A model generated the notes under the pieces. That model was not told where the DNA came from. It saw nothing but the letters and a program-made list of their open reading frames with translations, and made no database searches. Positions 52,817-64,000 of a stretch of 64,000 nt of DNA are shown in pieces. The stretch is taken from NCBI RefSeq assembly GCF_006345805.1, contig NC_042998.1, positions 116,374,001 through 116,438,000 of the forward strand, read 5' to 3'. Positions within the stretch are counted from its first letter, which is position 1. Every line of letters begins with the position of its first letter. Source of the stretch: Octopus sinensis (taxonomy: Eukaryota). A program made the translations under genes and the position numbers.

Positions 52817-53774
52817 TAAGGTGTTATCAATAAGTTCTAGGACTAGTTCTTTTGCGCACCAACAGATAACAGAAAGCTATTGCGTGTGCAAGAAGATCTA
52901 GTAGTGACCTTAATAAGGCAGTGTATCGAGTGACATTGCTTTGTTTACTTCCGATGTTGTGAAATTTCTATTTTGTGATCACGTGTATGCAGTAGTCTGC
53001 GATTTCGTCATAGACAGGGAATTAGAACAAAGAGCCAACGTACAATTTTCCGTTAAACTTAGTAAATCTGCTACAGAAATATTGAGTCTGATTCGGCAAG
53101 ATTACAGTGGTGAGGCAATGAGTCGTATGCAACATTTCGACTGGCGCAGGCGTTTCAAAAGCGGAAGAACGTTTCTGGAAGACGATGAGCGGTCTGGAAG
53201 ATCTTCCACAAGCGTCAACCAGGGAAATGTGGAGAAACGTAATCAGCTTGTATATGAGAATTGTCGGGGGGCAATTAACAACATTGCTGATGTCATCCGT
53301 TCATCGTATGGATCTGTGCAGGCAATCCTGACGTCTAATTTGAATATGCGGCGTGTCTCTGCCAAAGTCTGGATCTGTAAAGCGCGAAGAATTTGATTCT
53401 CCACGACTACAATGCATCCTGTTACCGAGCTCTTCTTAGCCGTGAGATTTTCGACAAAAACGACATCGCATCGTTTCCGCACTCACCTTATTTACCAGAA
53501 TTAGCACCTGTGGAATTCTATCTGTTGCTCAAGATGAAAATGCTGCTCAAAGGTCGTCGTTTTAAGACAGCTGTCGAGATCCAGAGCGAATCATAAAACG
53601 TCCTCAACTCACTTGTTGGGAAAACGACATCCACGCCGGATTTGCAGGAATGTTGAGACCGGTGTTTGGCTAAGCAAGTTGAGTATTTCGAAGGAGATGA
53701 TGTGAAAACTTAGGTAAGTAAGTTAGTTCTGTATTAAGCATAACTAGTCCGCGAACATTTTGAAAATATCTCGT
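52817..53774 (+). mobile_element. Internally deleted mariner transposon
   Basis: HTH region EQRANVQFSVKL...LEDDERSGRSSTS and C-terminal PHSPYLPELAP...LKGRRF. Most of the DDD domain is missing. Degenerate TIRs end in GGACTAGTT / AACTAGTCC. Confidence 0.88.
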
Positions 53775-55084
53775 TTTGTTAAAAATAAAAATAGATAAGT
53801 ATTGAATCATGGACTGAAGTGCTTCTTACAATTATAATGGTGATACAAATCATTTTTAGCCACATTACAATTTTTATATGTATCCCTAATTGTGAAGTAT
53901 TAACATCATATATAAATTTAATGAAATATTTATGCCTATACCAGACGTGAATTGGTTTGATTTGTTCTTCAATTTTCTGAATCCTAGAAGGTACGAATTT
54001 CGAATTCGGAATATACATTGTTAAATAAAAGGATTTAATGTTGATGCAATAAAGTTTAAGTAAAATTATGCATTTAAGGTTGATAATAGAAAACAGATAA
54101 TGTTTAAAAAAAAAGAGAGGATATACAAGTGAGAAACGCCTGTAAATACAAGATGCAACAGAGAAGAATGACGCATAATCTCATTGTAATGAGATTTCAA
54201 TTATAAGTAAACAACCACAATGTATAAGCAGGGAAGTATAAAACAAGACACAGTTTATTACTATAATAAACCATGATCGATTCTGGGAAGTAGATTCTGA
54301 AGACGTATGTTTACAGTATATAAATATTTGAAACTAAACAGCACAGTTATTATTCTTCCATATCAGAACCAATAAATTCATTAAATATCATGATTATATA
54401 TTACGCTAATAGTGAATTTATACAAGTAGAATTAATATAACTATTGTCAATTTTACCATTCACATGATGCATAATGATTGTATAGATTCATATGAACTGG
54501 TATACAATATACAAAGCTGCCTATAAAATCTTCAGGATAAGGCTAAAGGTATTACGTTATATAGTTTGGCAGATTGTAAATTACGCTCATGTTTGCAGAA
54601 AGAAAATCACCTTGCAAATGTACAAATTACGTTAAGAAAATAATGTTTATATATTTAAAGTTGAGTGATCCAGTACAGTATAAATGGTGTATATATGTTT
54701 CAATGCGGACAATACATTCAATACGCATACTACAGATATGATTTCACTTAGACTTTGAGAAAATTTCCGAAGTCTCTGTCATCTCCATTTTCGTTCCATG
54801 AATTTATAAAATCTTTGTCAAATTTCCTCTCGATGTAACACCTCTTTTCTAATGTTATGTGACATAATATGATATATATATATACATATATACACACGGA
54901 TATACATATATACATATATATTTATATATACATACATATATACATTATATATATATATGTACGTATATTTGTCTACACGTGTATATATGAGGGTGTGTGT
55001 ATGTGTGTGTGTTAGACTCAACAATAAAACAAACTGGATAAGTTTGATTGTCTTCGCATACATATAATTGTCACTTAATGAGGA

Positions 55085-55136
<52 letters not shown>

Positions 55137-55189
55137 GCATATACATGAATATATATATACATACATACAAACATACTTTTATACATGCA

Positions 55190-55227
<38 letters not shown>

Positions 55228-56745
55228 TGTATGTATGTATACATGAATATATACCAAAAGTTAGTTATTTAGTAACAACCACATAATTTATTTGCCAACA
55301 AAATTCTGTTTACACAATATACCATGTTTCATGATGATGCGACCCTAAGTTTATAAAATATATCTTGCAATACGAGTCGTCCAAACTTGAAAAAAGCCAA
55401 GTTTATTTTCAACATGCACAATCAGCCAATGACAGACGATGAAAAATTATAGGAAATGAATGGCATCCAATTATTCAAGCCAATAACTTGTAAAAGCTAT
55501 TTTTGTCAACTTAGATGAAGCTCAAGATGGTGAGCTGTTGATAAAAAGACTTATGTAAAAACAATTATTACTCCTTTAAAAGTACAATAAACCCAAGTTC
55601 CGCAGAGAAATCGATAACATGAATGATTGACTATTGATTACTTTTATAGCTTTTTTAATTTATTGACAAACGATTGGTTGTTTCTGTTGGACAAAAACGA
55701 AATATAAAAATAAAAAAAAAAAATCTATGTGAATCCGTGCTTAAGATTTACGGCCTATTTTTGCGACTTAGTAAAAAAGAATATTTCACGAAGCTATTAA
55801 TGTTATCTGGTCTGAGGCAGGAACATATTAGTATTTTTTTTTGCTGCTTTTGTATTCTTATTCTTGTGTGTAATCATAGTACCACAAATCACGGTTTGGC
55901 ATGAATGACATCTAGTTTTATGTTCTTGTATGTATATGTGTCTGAGATATGAACAACAGTTCTTGAAAGTGAGGAAGGATATAAATAAGGGTAGGAAGAG
56001 GAAACAGGATAAAAAGAGGGTAACGATAATCAATAGATATTGAAATTATGGTATGTTGAATATCTATGAGATAGAATGAATTTGAAACAGTATGATATGA
56101 TTGGAGAAAATACTAAAGCAGCCATTTTATGTTTGGTAAGCACAGAAATCCTGTAATTATTTTTATAATTTTATTTTCTTACATTTAGTTATGGCAATCG
56201 AAAATTTTGGTATTAAGAAACCAAAATAAAATGTAGCGTTGTTTAACAAATATCAATAGAGCAGATTTATGATCAAAATTCCATCCCTTATCATAAAATA
56301 TTTGTGTATATCTAGAACTATATCTTCCAAAGTGCCCTTTCTTATTTAAGTAAGCAGAGATATTAGATTGTCGTTTCTATGATTTTTACCAATCATTTGT
56401 CTTTTTGATTGGATAGAAAACAGGTAAACTTTACCAAAATGAAGGAATGAAAACAATTATATAGGTTTATCTCAATACATAAAATCTTCCTTTTTATTTG
56501 ATCTAAAGATTCCAAAATAATTGACATTTAAACACGCCTGAACACAACGCACAAACAGGGAAGTTCAACAAGTGAATCGAAATTTTCTCGTTCTGTAAAA
56601 CATAACATTTCTTTCAGAGATTCCATCTACATACAACATACACATACCGATCAAAAAGTACCTATGATATACAATGAGCTGTCGAATCTCCTTTAAGCAG
56701 GTCCATACAAAAACAGAGAGAGAGCGAGTGAGCGAGCGAGCGAAC

Positions 56746-56778
<33 letters not shown>

Positions 56779-58205
56779 TGTGTGTGTGTGTGTTATTATC
56801 TGAAGTAAAATAAGAATTAAATGATAGGATTATGGACTCGGGTCTACTCGAAAATATCAAAAGACTAAGCGTACTATTAGAAAAATTCACACAAATATGC
56901 ATGCATATATGAGAATAAGTGATCTATACAAGATTACCTGATAAATATTTTTTCCTTGTGGGTTAACAAGGCTACCAATGCTTTCATGCTTGTGGAATAT
57001 CTTTAAAATTATCAAGCCTGCTATATTAGTGTGTTGGTACTCGTCTCCATTTTCGATATACTCACACACATATACACTCTCTCTCCTTCTCTGTCTGTCT
57101 CACTTTCTCTTTTTCTCTCGTTCTCGCTCTGACACGAGTATTGTTAAAACAGACTAATGAGCTTTTCTTTTATCAGTTTTGTTAGGCCTCTACCGCGCGA
57201 AATCATTCTTGTGCTGGGTTTTCTGCGACTCGCGCATTTAATGGAACGTCAGATATCGAGTGAGAATGATGAATTTTTAAGACGATCACTCGATAGGAAA
57301 ATTACAGAAAATGCAGTGAAAAATTATGAACAACATTCACGAAAGTCGTCACTGCAAAGTCTATTAGCTTATTTACATTGCTGAGAATAGTTATTCGAGT
57401 CTGTGTTCGTAAATAATTTCTCAATGAAAGTAAGAATGATGCCCGTTCGCATCTCACTAATGTCTTCTTTTTTTCCAGAATCAAAATCTCAGTAACATAT
57501 TACCGTTCATACGCGTTTCAATTATACTCCTTTAAATTCGGTACATTTCGCAAATTGAAACTGGAACAGAAGGACTGCTCCTTCGGGCTGCTGGATAATA
57601 TTCGAAGAGATTTGCAGATGGTTTGGGATGGTTGCCAAGAAGAGGATAACCATAATACTTTGCGGCAATGAAGACAGGCTGGAATAGTTTTGTGCGTTCT
57701 CAAGTACTTTCGAAATCGATGGTTTATGAATATATATAATTAAAGAAATTTATTATTTAGTGAAAGAGTTGACATATTGCTAATCTTATTGTCATTTTAA
57801 TATTTCTCGATAGAATACGGTCGATAAAATACCGTAGCAATAACTGCTTAGACTTTGCGAATTGAGTTCAAAATTCAGCGGAGATGAAATAAGTTATTTA
57901 CATAATCGGGATCGAAATAACGAAGCAGGAAAATGCTGGTTAAGGCCTTAAACCTCTATGAGATGATGCATGATGCACAACGTCATGGAGTGGAGGGTAC
58001 TGGAGGATGACAGCTTCTGCTTGGATGTACATTTGTATCTTAAAAAAATTAACAATATTATGTGATATTTAATCAGATTATTCTTTAAAAAGAAGGCCTT
58101 CCATATTAAAAACACATAAATACATATGCGCGTGTGTTTATGTGTGTATATATAGACATACACATACATTCATATATACAAACATATATATATATATGTG
58201 TGTGA

Positions 58206-58272
<67 letters not shown>

Positions 58273-58508
58273 ATTTGTAAAAGGAAGATACAAGGAGCCA
58301 AGTGTAGGAAGTTAGTCAGCTTCTACCACTCCATAGAATGTGTCAATAATAATTGCAGGAATAATGGTGGTTTATTGTCGTAGAAGGTTGTAAAAATATC
58401 TTGTTTCGAAGTTCAATTAGCTGAAAAAGTTATATAGTTCACGGTTAGCTACTAGGGATAATTATGTTTATACATAAATATATATAAAGAAATATGTATA
58501 TACAGAAG

Positions 58509-58539
<31 letters not shown>

Positions 58540-58575
58540 CTCTCTCTTTCTCGAAACACACACACACACACACAC

Positions 58576-58637
<62 letters not shown>

Positions 58638-58873
58638 CTTTACACTGTACTGCACTACGTTCTTAACCGAATATACCATATATATGTATATGTATACACA
58701 CACACACTCACACACACGCACTCACACATACACACACACACAATCACACACACACGCACTCACACACACACACACACACGCATACACACACGCATATATA
58801 TATAAAGAGAGAACGGAAGAGAAAGAGAAAAGGAAGGAGAGAGAGAAATTTGTGTATATAAAAGCTGTTTGTT

Positions 58874-58904
<31 letters not shown>

Positions 58905-60573
58905 GTGTGTGTGTGCGTGTGTGTGTGTGTGATACTTTGATGTGTTTGCATATGATTATCTGTAATGATTTCATATAAAATTTAAAACGAAATAAATTCT
59001 AGTGAGAAAGTCAACTAAAAGACATAAAACTTAAAATGCTACATTACCTTTGTTACTACTTTACAGAATCTACTTTCTCAGATTTATTTTTCTGGCTCCT
59101 TCAATTCTCGGTGCGGTTTAGTTTACTTTCTTTTCTTTTGTTTTTTTTTGTTAGTTGGGTGGGCTCTAGATATAAAATTAGTGTCAATCATATAATAGAA
59201 TCATTTGAATTGACTACAATTCTCTCCTACAAATTTGTGGCCTTGTAGTAATAATGTGAAAGACTAAAAATCAATACTTCTTAAACGCATAGCAATTCAC
59301 AAGAGCATCAAAACTAACCATGAATTACAAATGTTAGTGAAAAATCTCAGGACATTAGTATGAGTAGTCTTGGAATTTACGAAGCATTAAATCAATATAT
59401 TGGATTACATTCAAATAACACAGTCATTGATAACTGGTGGTTCTTCCAGGGTTGTTGTGATTATAGAAGTGGTGATGAGATGGAAAGAAATAACAGTTTT
59501 TCTGAAACTTGTCAAATACCTACAATTCGTAGTTTAAAGGTTTTGTAATGTGTTAAAAAATATTTACAGCTTCGTCAGAGTTGTGATCTTAAAAGAACGT
59601 AAAAGCTAAAAATGTTTACACATTAGATGGCGTCGAGAAATAGAATAAAAGCAAATCGAGAGAGTGTGAGATAACTGAATAGACACACATATATATGTGT
59701 GTGTGTGTAATACAAAGAGGGACAACAAAACATCCAGACGGACGATATAAAGAAAACAAGTACGGGTCATTCGGAGTTTACTATGCTCAGTCGAGTTCCA
59801 GATTATCTTTGCAATTTCGGCTAGTTATACTCGAGATGGTTCCCATCTAGCCAGCCCCAAGGAAAAACTAAGCTAAGAGCATTAGATTCCTTGGAAGAAA
59901 GCAGCGAATGTATACGAAAACAAGGACGAAAAGAAAAAGTAGAAATGTTATACAAATACAAATGCATATAACAGAGCATAACAACAGGTGCTTTTCGCTT
60001 AAGGACGAATTAAATTAAAGCGGGCGTGTGTGGAATCACATGTTCCTTACGGCAGGGACATGTAATTTGACAGGAACGGGGACGAATATAAATGTTGCAT
60101 GGATGTTAGTCGGACCAAGAAAGAAAGGTCGGGCTTTGCTTAACACCTGTGACGTGGGGAGAGAAAAGAGAAAGGTTAGGAGGGATAGAAGAATTGAGGA
60201 GAGGCGAAAAAAAATAAAAGGGATAGAGCGAAGTGAAAGAGGAGGGAAAGTGAGCATGAAGAAAAGGCCTGGAAATGTGAGGGAGAGGGAACGAAAGAAC
60301 GAAGAGTGGAATGAGCGAAGTGCGATATATATATATATAATGTATGTTTGTGCATGATGTCGTGGTATATGCATGTCGTATATATGTATCTATGTATGTG
60401 TTATATATATATATATATATATATACCAAACACACAACTTAGTTACATATATACTACATGCATGTACCAAAACATCACGCAAAAACATACTTTATTTCTT
60501 GGGTTAAGGTTTAAAAAAAATTAAGGATAAATTAAAGAAATAATATTTATCTGATAAACATATAAATATAATC

Positions 60574-60618
<45 letters not shown>

Positions 60619-60632
60619 TATGTTTTTGATAG

Positions 60633-60666
<34 letters not shown>

Positions 60667-60719
60667 TTATAGACGCACACACATATACATATACATGCAT
60701 GCACACGCATTAAATGCAC

Positions 60720-62297
60720 GTGTATGTTTGTACAGTTCTTCATTTGAGAGATGAGGAATTAGGTACATTATTTACAGCTGATGGATATCTGTCCTCAATT
60801 TCTTTGTTGTTAACACAACATTTCGTATATGATGTACTCTGCAGCCTTCATCAGGTGTTCTGGAGGATTGCGAACTTGTGCTCTCCGTCCTTAATACCGG
60901 TTCCCATATGCTACTCATATCTGCACTAGGTCTGCTTAGGAGGTTATTATGTTGTAACATATGTGCTGCTTCTTTTCGTATTTTCCAGTGGTGTTTTCTG
61001 TCTGATATTTTAACTTCATCCCGCAGGGGTGGTGGTCTCCGTTTTTCCATACATGATCAATTATACTCGATTTATCAATATCTCTTCGTATCACAGTTTT
61101 GCGATGTTCCTCTACCCTTATTTTGAGCGGGGTGGCATGTGTCTAACCATTGTATAACCTACCATAGCTCCATGGGATGGAGTACTTGGTCATATTCTAT
61201 TCTATTGGTGAATCACTTTGTACCGATGAAGTACATACAATTGGCTCAAAACTACATTAAGCTACCGCACATGTACGGTCTCCTTAAGGCTTAAAAGATT
61301 GGTATTCCATTAAGACCTATAGTGAGCTGTAGAGGTTCATCATGTCATCCACTGAGCCGCTTCTTGAGGATATAACCACTCCATTAGCAGGAAAATAAAC
61401 ATCGTATGTGAAGAATCCAATCCACTTCACAGAACTGATCAAGGATACATCCACTGGATCCAACCAGTTAGTAAGTCTAGCTGTGTTCACCAAAGTTCCA
61501 ACGATTAAGTACTATCGGTGATTCAAGAAATACTGGTGACAGACACCTGTCTAAAAGAACGTACTAGTATACCAATAGGAAACTTGATGGATATGTTGAC
61601 CTTTTGTGTAGAAACTACCTACTTCAAAATGGACACTGATTTATATCGACATACAGCGTGTTTAGCTATGGGCTCGCCATTATCACCGATTATAGCCAAT
61701 ATAAACATTGAATACTTTGAGAATTTCACTTTAGGATCAACAGCAATAAAACCATTATGGCTGCGATATGTCGATGACACCTATATACACTGGCCCCACT
61801 TGGAAGACGACTAAGTATTGTTAGATCAAGTGAACTGAATAAAGCCATCCATACATTTCACAACGGAAAGGAAAAAGACAGTCAGTTAGCATTCCTGGAC
61901 GTATTAATAACACACAACAAGGATGAATTCAGGACATCCGTATACCGCAAGCCAAGCATCACTGGACGATACCTCAACTACAATTCCTACCACATATACA
62001 GTGTAAAGAGAGTGCCTACAACATCGACTAAAGTTAATAAGTAGCGATCTTGATACAAACCATGAAGAAATGATCAAGCTAAGTAACAGTCCGTTAAGCA
62101 ACAACTATCCCGAAAACATACTATCCACTCCGATTATGAAGAGAAGAGAGGACATAAACCATAAACTAACAAAAAGTCTGTCAATCTTATGTATTTCCGA
62201 AAAGATACGAAAAGATATGGGGAGGACAAATTTCCGTCATATGTAAATAATATATATAATTCCACATCTCTCAAATATAGAACTGTACAAATATACA
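60720..62297 (+). mobile_element. Penelope-like retroelement remnant: RT on the plus strand, with an inverted 3' segment (endonuclease tail plus pLTR) at 60720-61130
   Basis: RT fragments MYG..K..K..IPLRPIVSCRG and MGSPLSPIIANINIEYFE...WLRYVDDTY. Terminal inverted repeats 60720-60796 vs 62221-62297. The minus ORF 60772-61050 resembles a PLE endonuclease C-terminus. Confidence 0.88.
60812..60860 (-). ncRNA. Degenerate minimal hammerhead in the PLE pseudo-LTR
   Basis: Minus strand reads AACAC-CTGATGA-AGGCTGC...GAAA-TGTT|GTGTT. Stem I is intact; stem II and GAAAC have decayed. Confidence 0.5.
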
Positions 62298-62352
62298 TGT
62301 GTATAAATGTATATGTATACACACACACACGCACACACATACAGACACACAT

Positions 62353-62405
<53 letters not shown>

Positions 62406-64000
62406 CATAGGTGTGTATGTATATATATATATATATGTACACACACACGCATATATATATATGTATATATATACATATATATGTGTGTGTACATATATAT
62501 GTATATGATACTATTTTTATGAGATAAATATTAATTCTTTAATTTATTTTTAAGCCTTAACCCGATAAATCACCTAATACAAACCCCCTTACTCTAACTC
62601 CCACTCATAAGTTACCATTCAACTAGCTCTTCCTTTCTCGACTACCTACTATCCCATAACCCATTGCTAAAAATAACTCTATAGCCACTGACCTCAACCT
62701 CCTCATTCTCTCTCTTATCTTCTTGGCTACCCCGTACACAATTCTTAGACACCATACATGCAACTTTATCCTATAACCAATCCTTAAAATCCCCTCTCCC
62801 TCACTATCTAACTCTCATTCTATTTATTTTTTTTCTCTTTACTTTTAACACTCAATAGCCGCCTCCGCTACCATTCTGCTATTGAACGTTGATATGCTCG
62901 CGTCTTTTTTCTTGGGATGTCTACTATATCAGGATTTTAATCCACATGGATATACGCAGGATTGCACCTACGGATTAACGCTCATGCATCTACGCAGGAT
63001 TTTATCTAAGGACTCATGCTTTGGTTGCTATAACTTCGGAAAGTTGAATTATGAACTTTTATGTTTTTTTCTTCTTTCTTTCCTTCTCCTTATTCTTTTT
63101 TCTCCCTTCCTCTATGTCGTTATCTTATTGATATATATATATACCATTCTCATTTTCCATATTTTTTCCCTATTTGTCTGTGATGTTGGAATATCCCATA
63201 CTCAGGGATATCCCACCAACTGCTGTACGATTTTGAATTTCTTACTATAATACTATTGTATACGACTTGAGATGTTTGCCTTCCCTTAATGTTTGCTGTC
63301 CTGTTTAACAATTATATATCCGCTGCATCGGAAACCTGCAATAGCTCCATAACTACCGCCTTAGCTATAATCTTGGGGCCCCAGTAATCCGTTACAACAC
63401 TTACCTAGCGTACCTAATTGATTAGATCACCTGTTAAATAAACACCCATCATATATATGTGTATATATATATATATATGGGTGTGTGTGAGTGTGTGTGT
63501 GTGTGTGTGAATGTAAATATGCATACATCAATGCACACATGTCGATATATATGTGGATGTATACAAAGAGATACAAAAACTAGAAATGTTCAAAATATCT
63601 ACAAGCATATATATATATATATAATACACACACACACACACACACACTCTCTCACACACACACATATATATATGTATGTATGTATATATACTGGAAAATG
63701 TGTGAGATCCTTGGTACAGTTGGGTATATTTGTAAAACGAAAGAATGACTTCACTAGTAGTTCTGATCAGTTTAATTTATCATTTTTAAGTTTTGAATAA
63801 TTTAAATTTTAGTTCATAGATCTATTACGTTCTTTGTTAACTTGGGTGTGGAGAATCATTTGAAAATAATTCCTATTAACTTCTTTGGAGAACTTTCTCG
63901 CATTTCTTTTCAAACAGATCTGAGGATTTGGGGGACTTGAGATTCCATATATGGAATTTAGGTGCGTTTGGTCTGAGGTGGGGTTCGGTTTTGTTAATCA

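Overview
AT-rich, microsatellite-dense animal genomic DNA. The tRNA-derived SINE families and repeat landscape look like Octopus (inference). The only confident host coding sequence is one 258-nt minus-strand exon (23704-23961) encoding part of the amino-terminal (LIVBP-like) domain of a kainate-type ionotropic glutamate receptor, so most of the window is probably intron. The rest is decayed mobile DNA: Penelope-like elements (PLE), an RTE LINE with a nested mariner, a second mariner, a Tx1/L1-like LINE in (GATA)n, an R4/Dong-like LINE in (TAA)n, Helitron fragments and SINEs. The most notable signal is a set of unrelated small elements at (TA)n tracts. They share a head-to-head fold-back architecture and carry type I hammerhead ribozyme cores. 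Two perfect 132/136-bp palindromes differ within the ribozyme only at tolerated positions. Two families share an unusual U.U pair at the base of stem II. They look like a cephalopod retrozyme or non-autonomous Penelope-like system. Most ORFs in the supplied track are microsatellite translation noise. All folds and alignments were done by eye.
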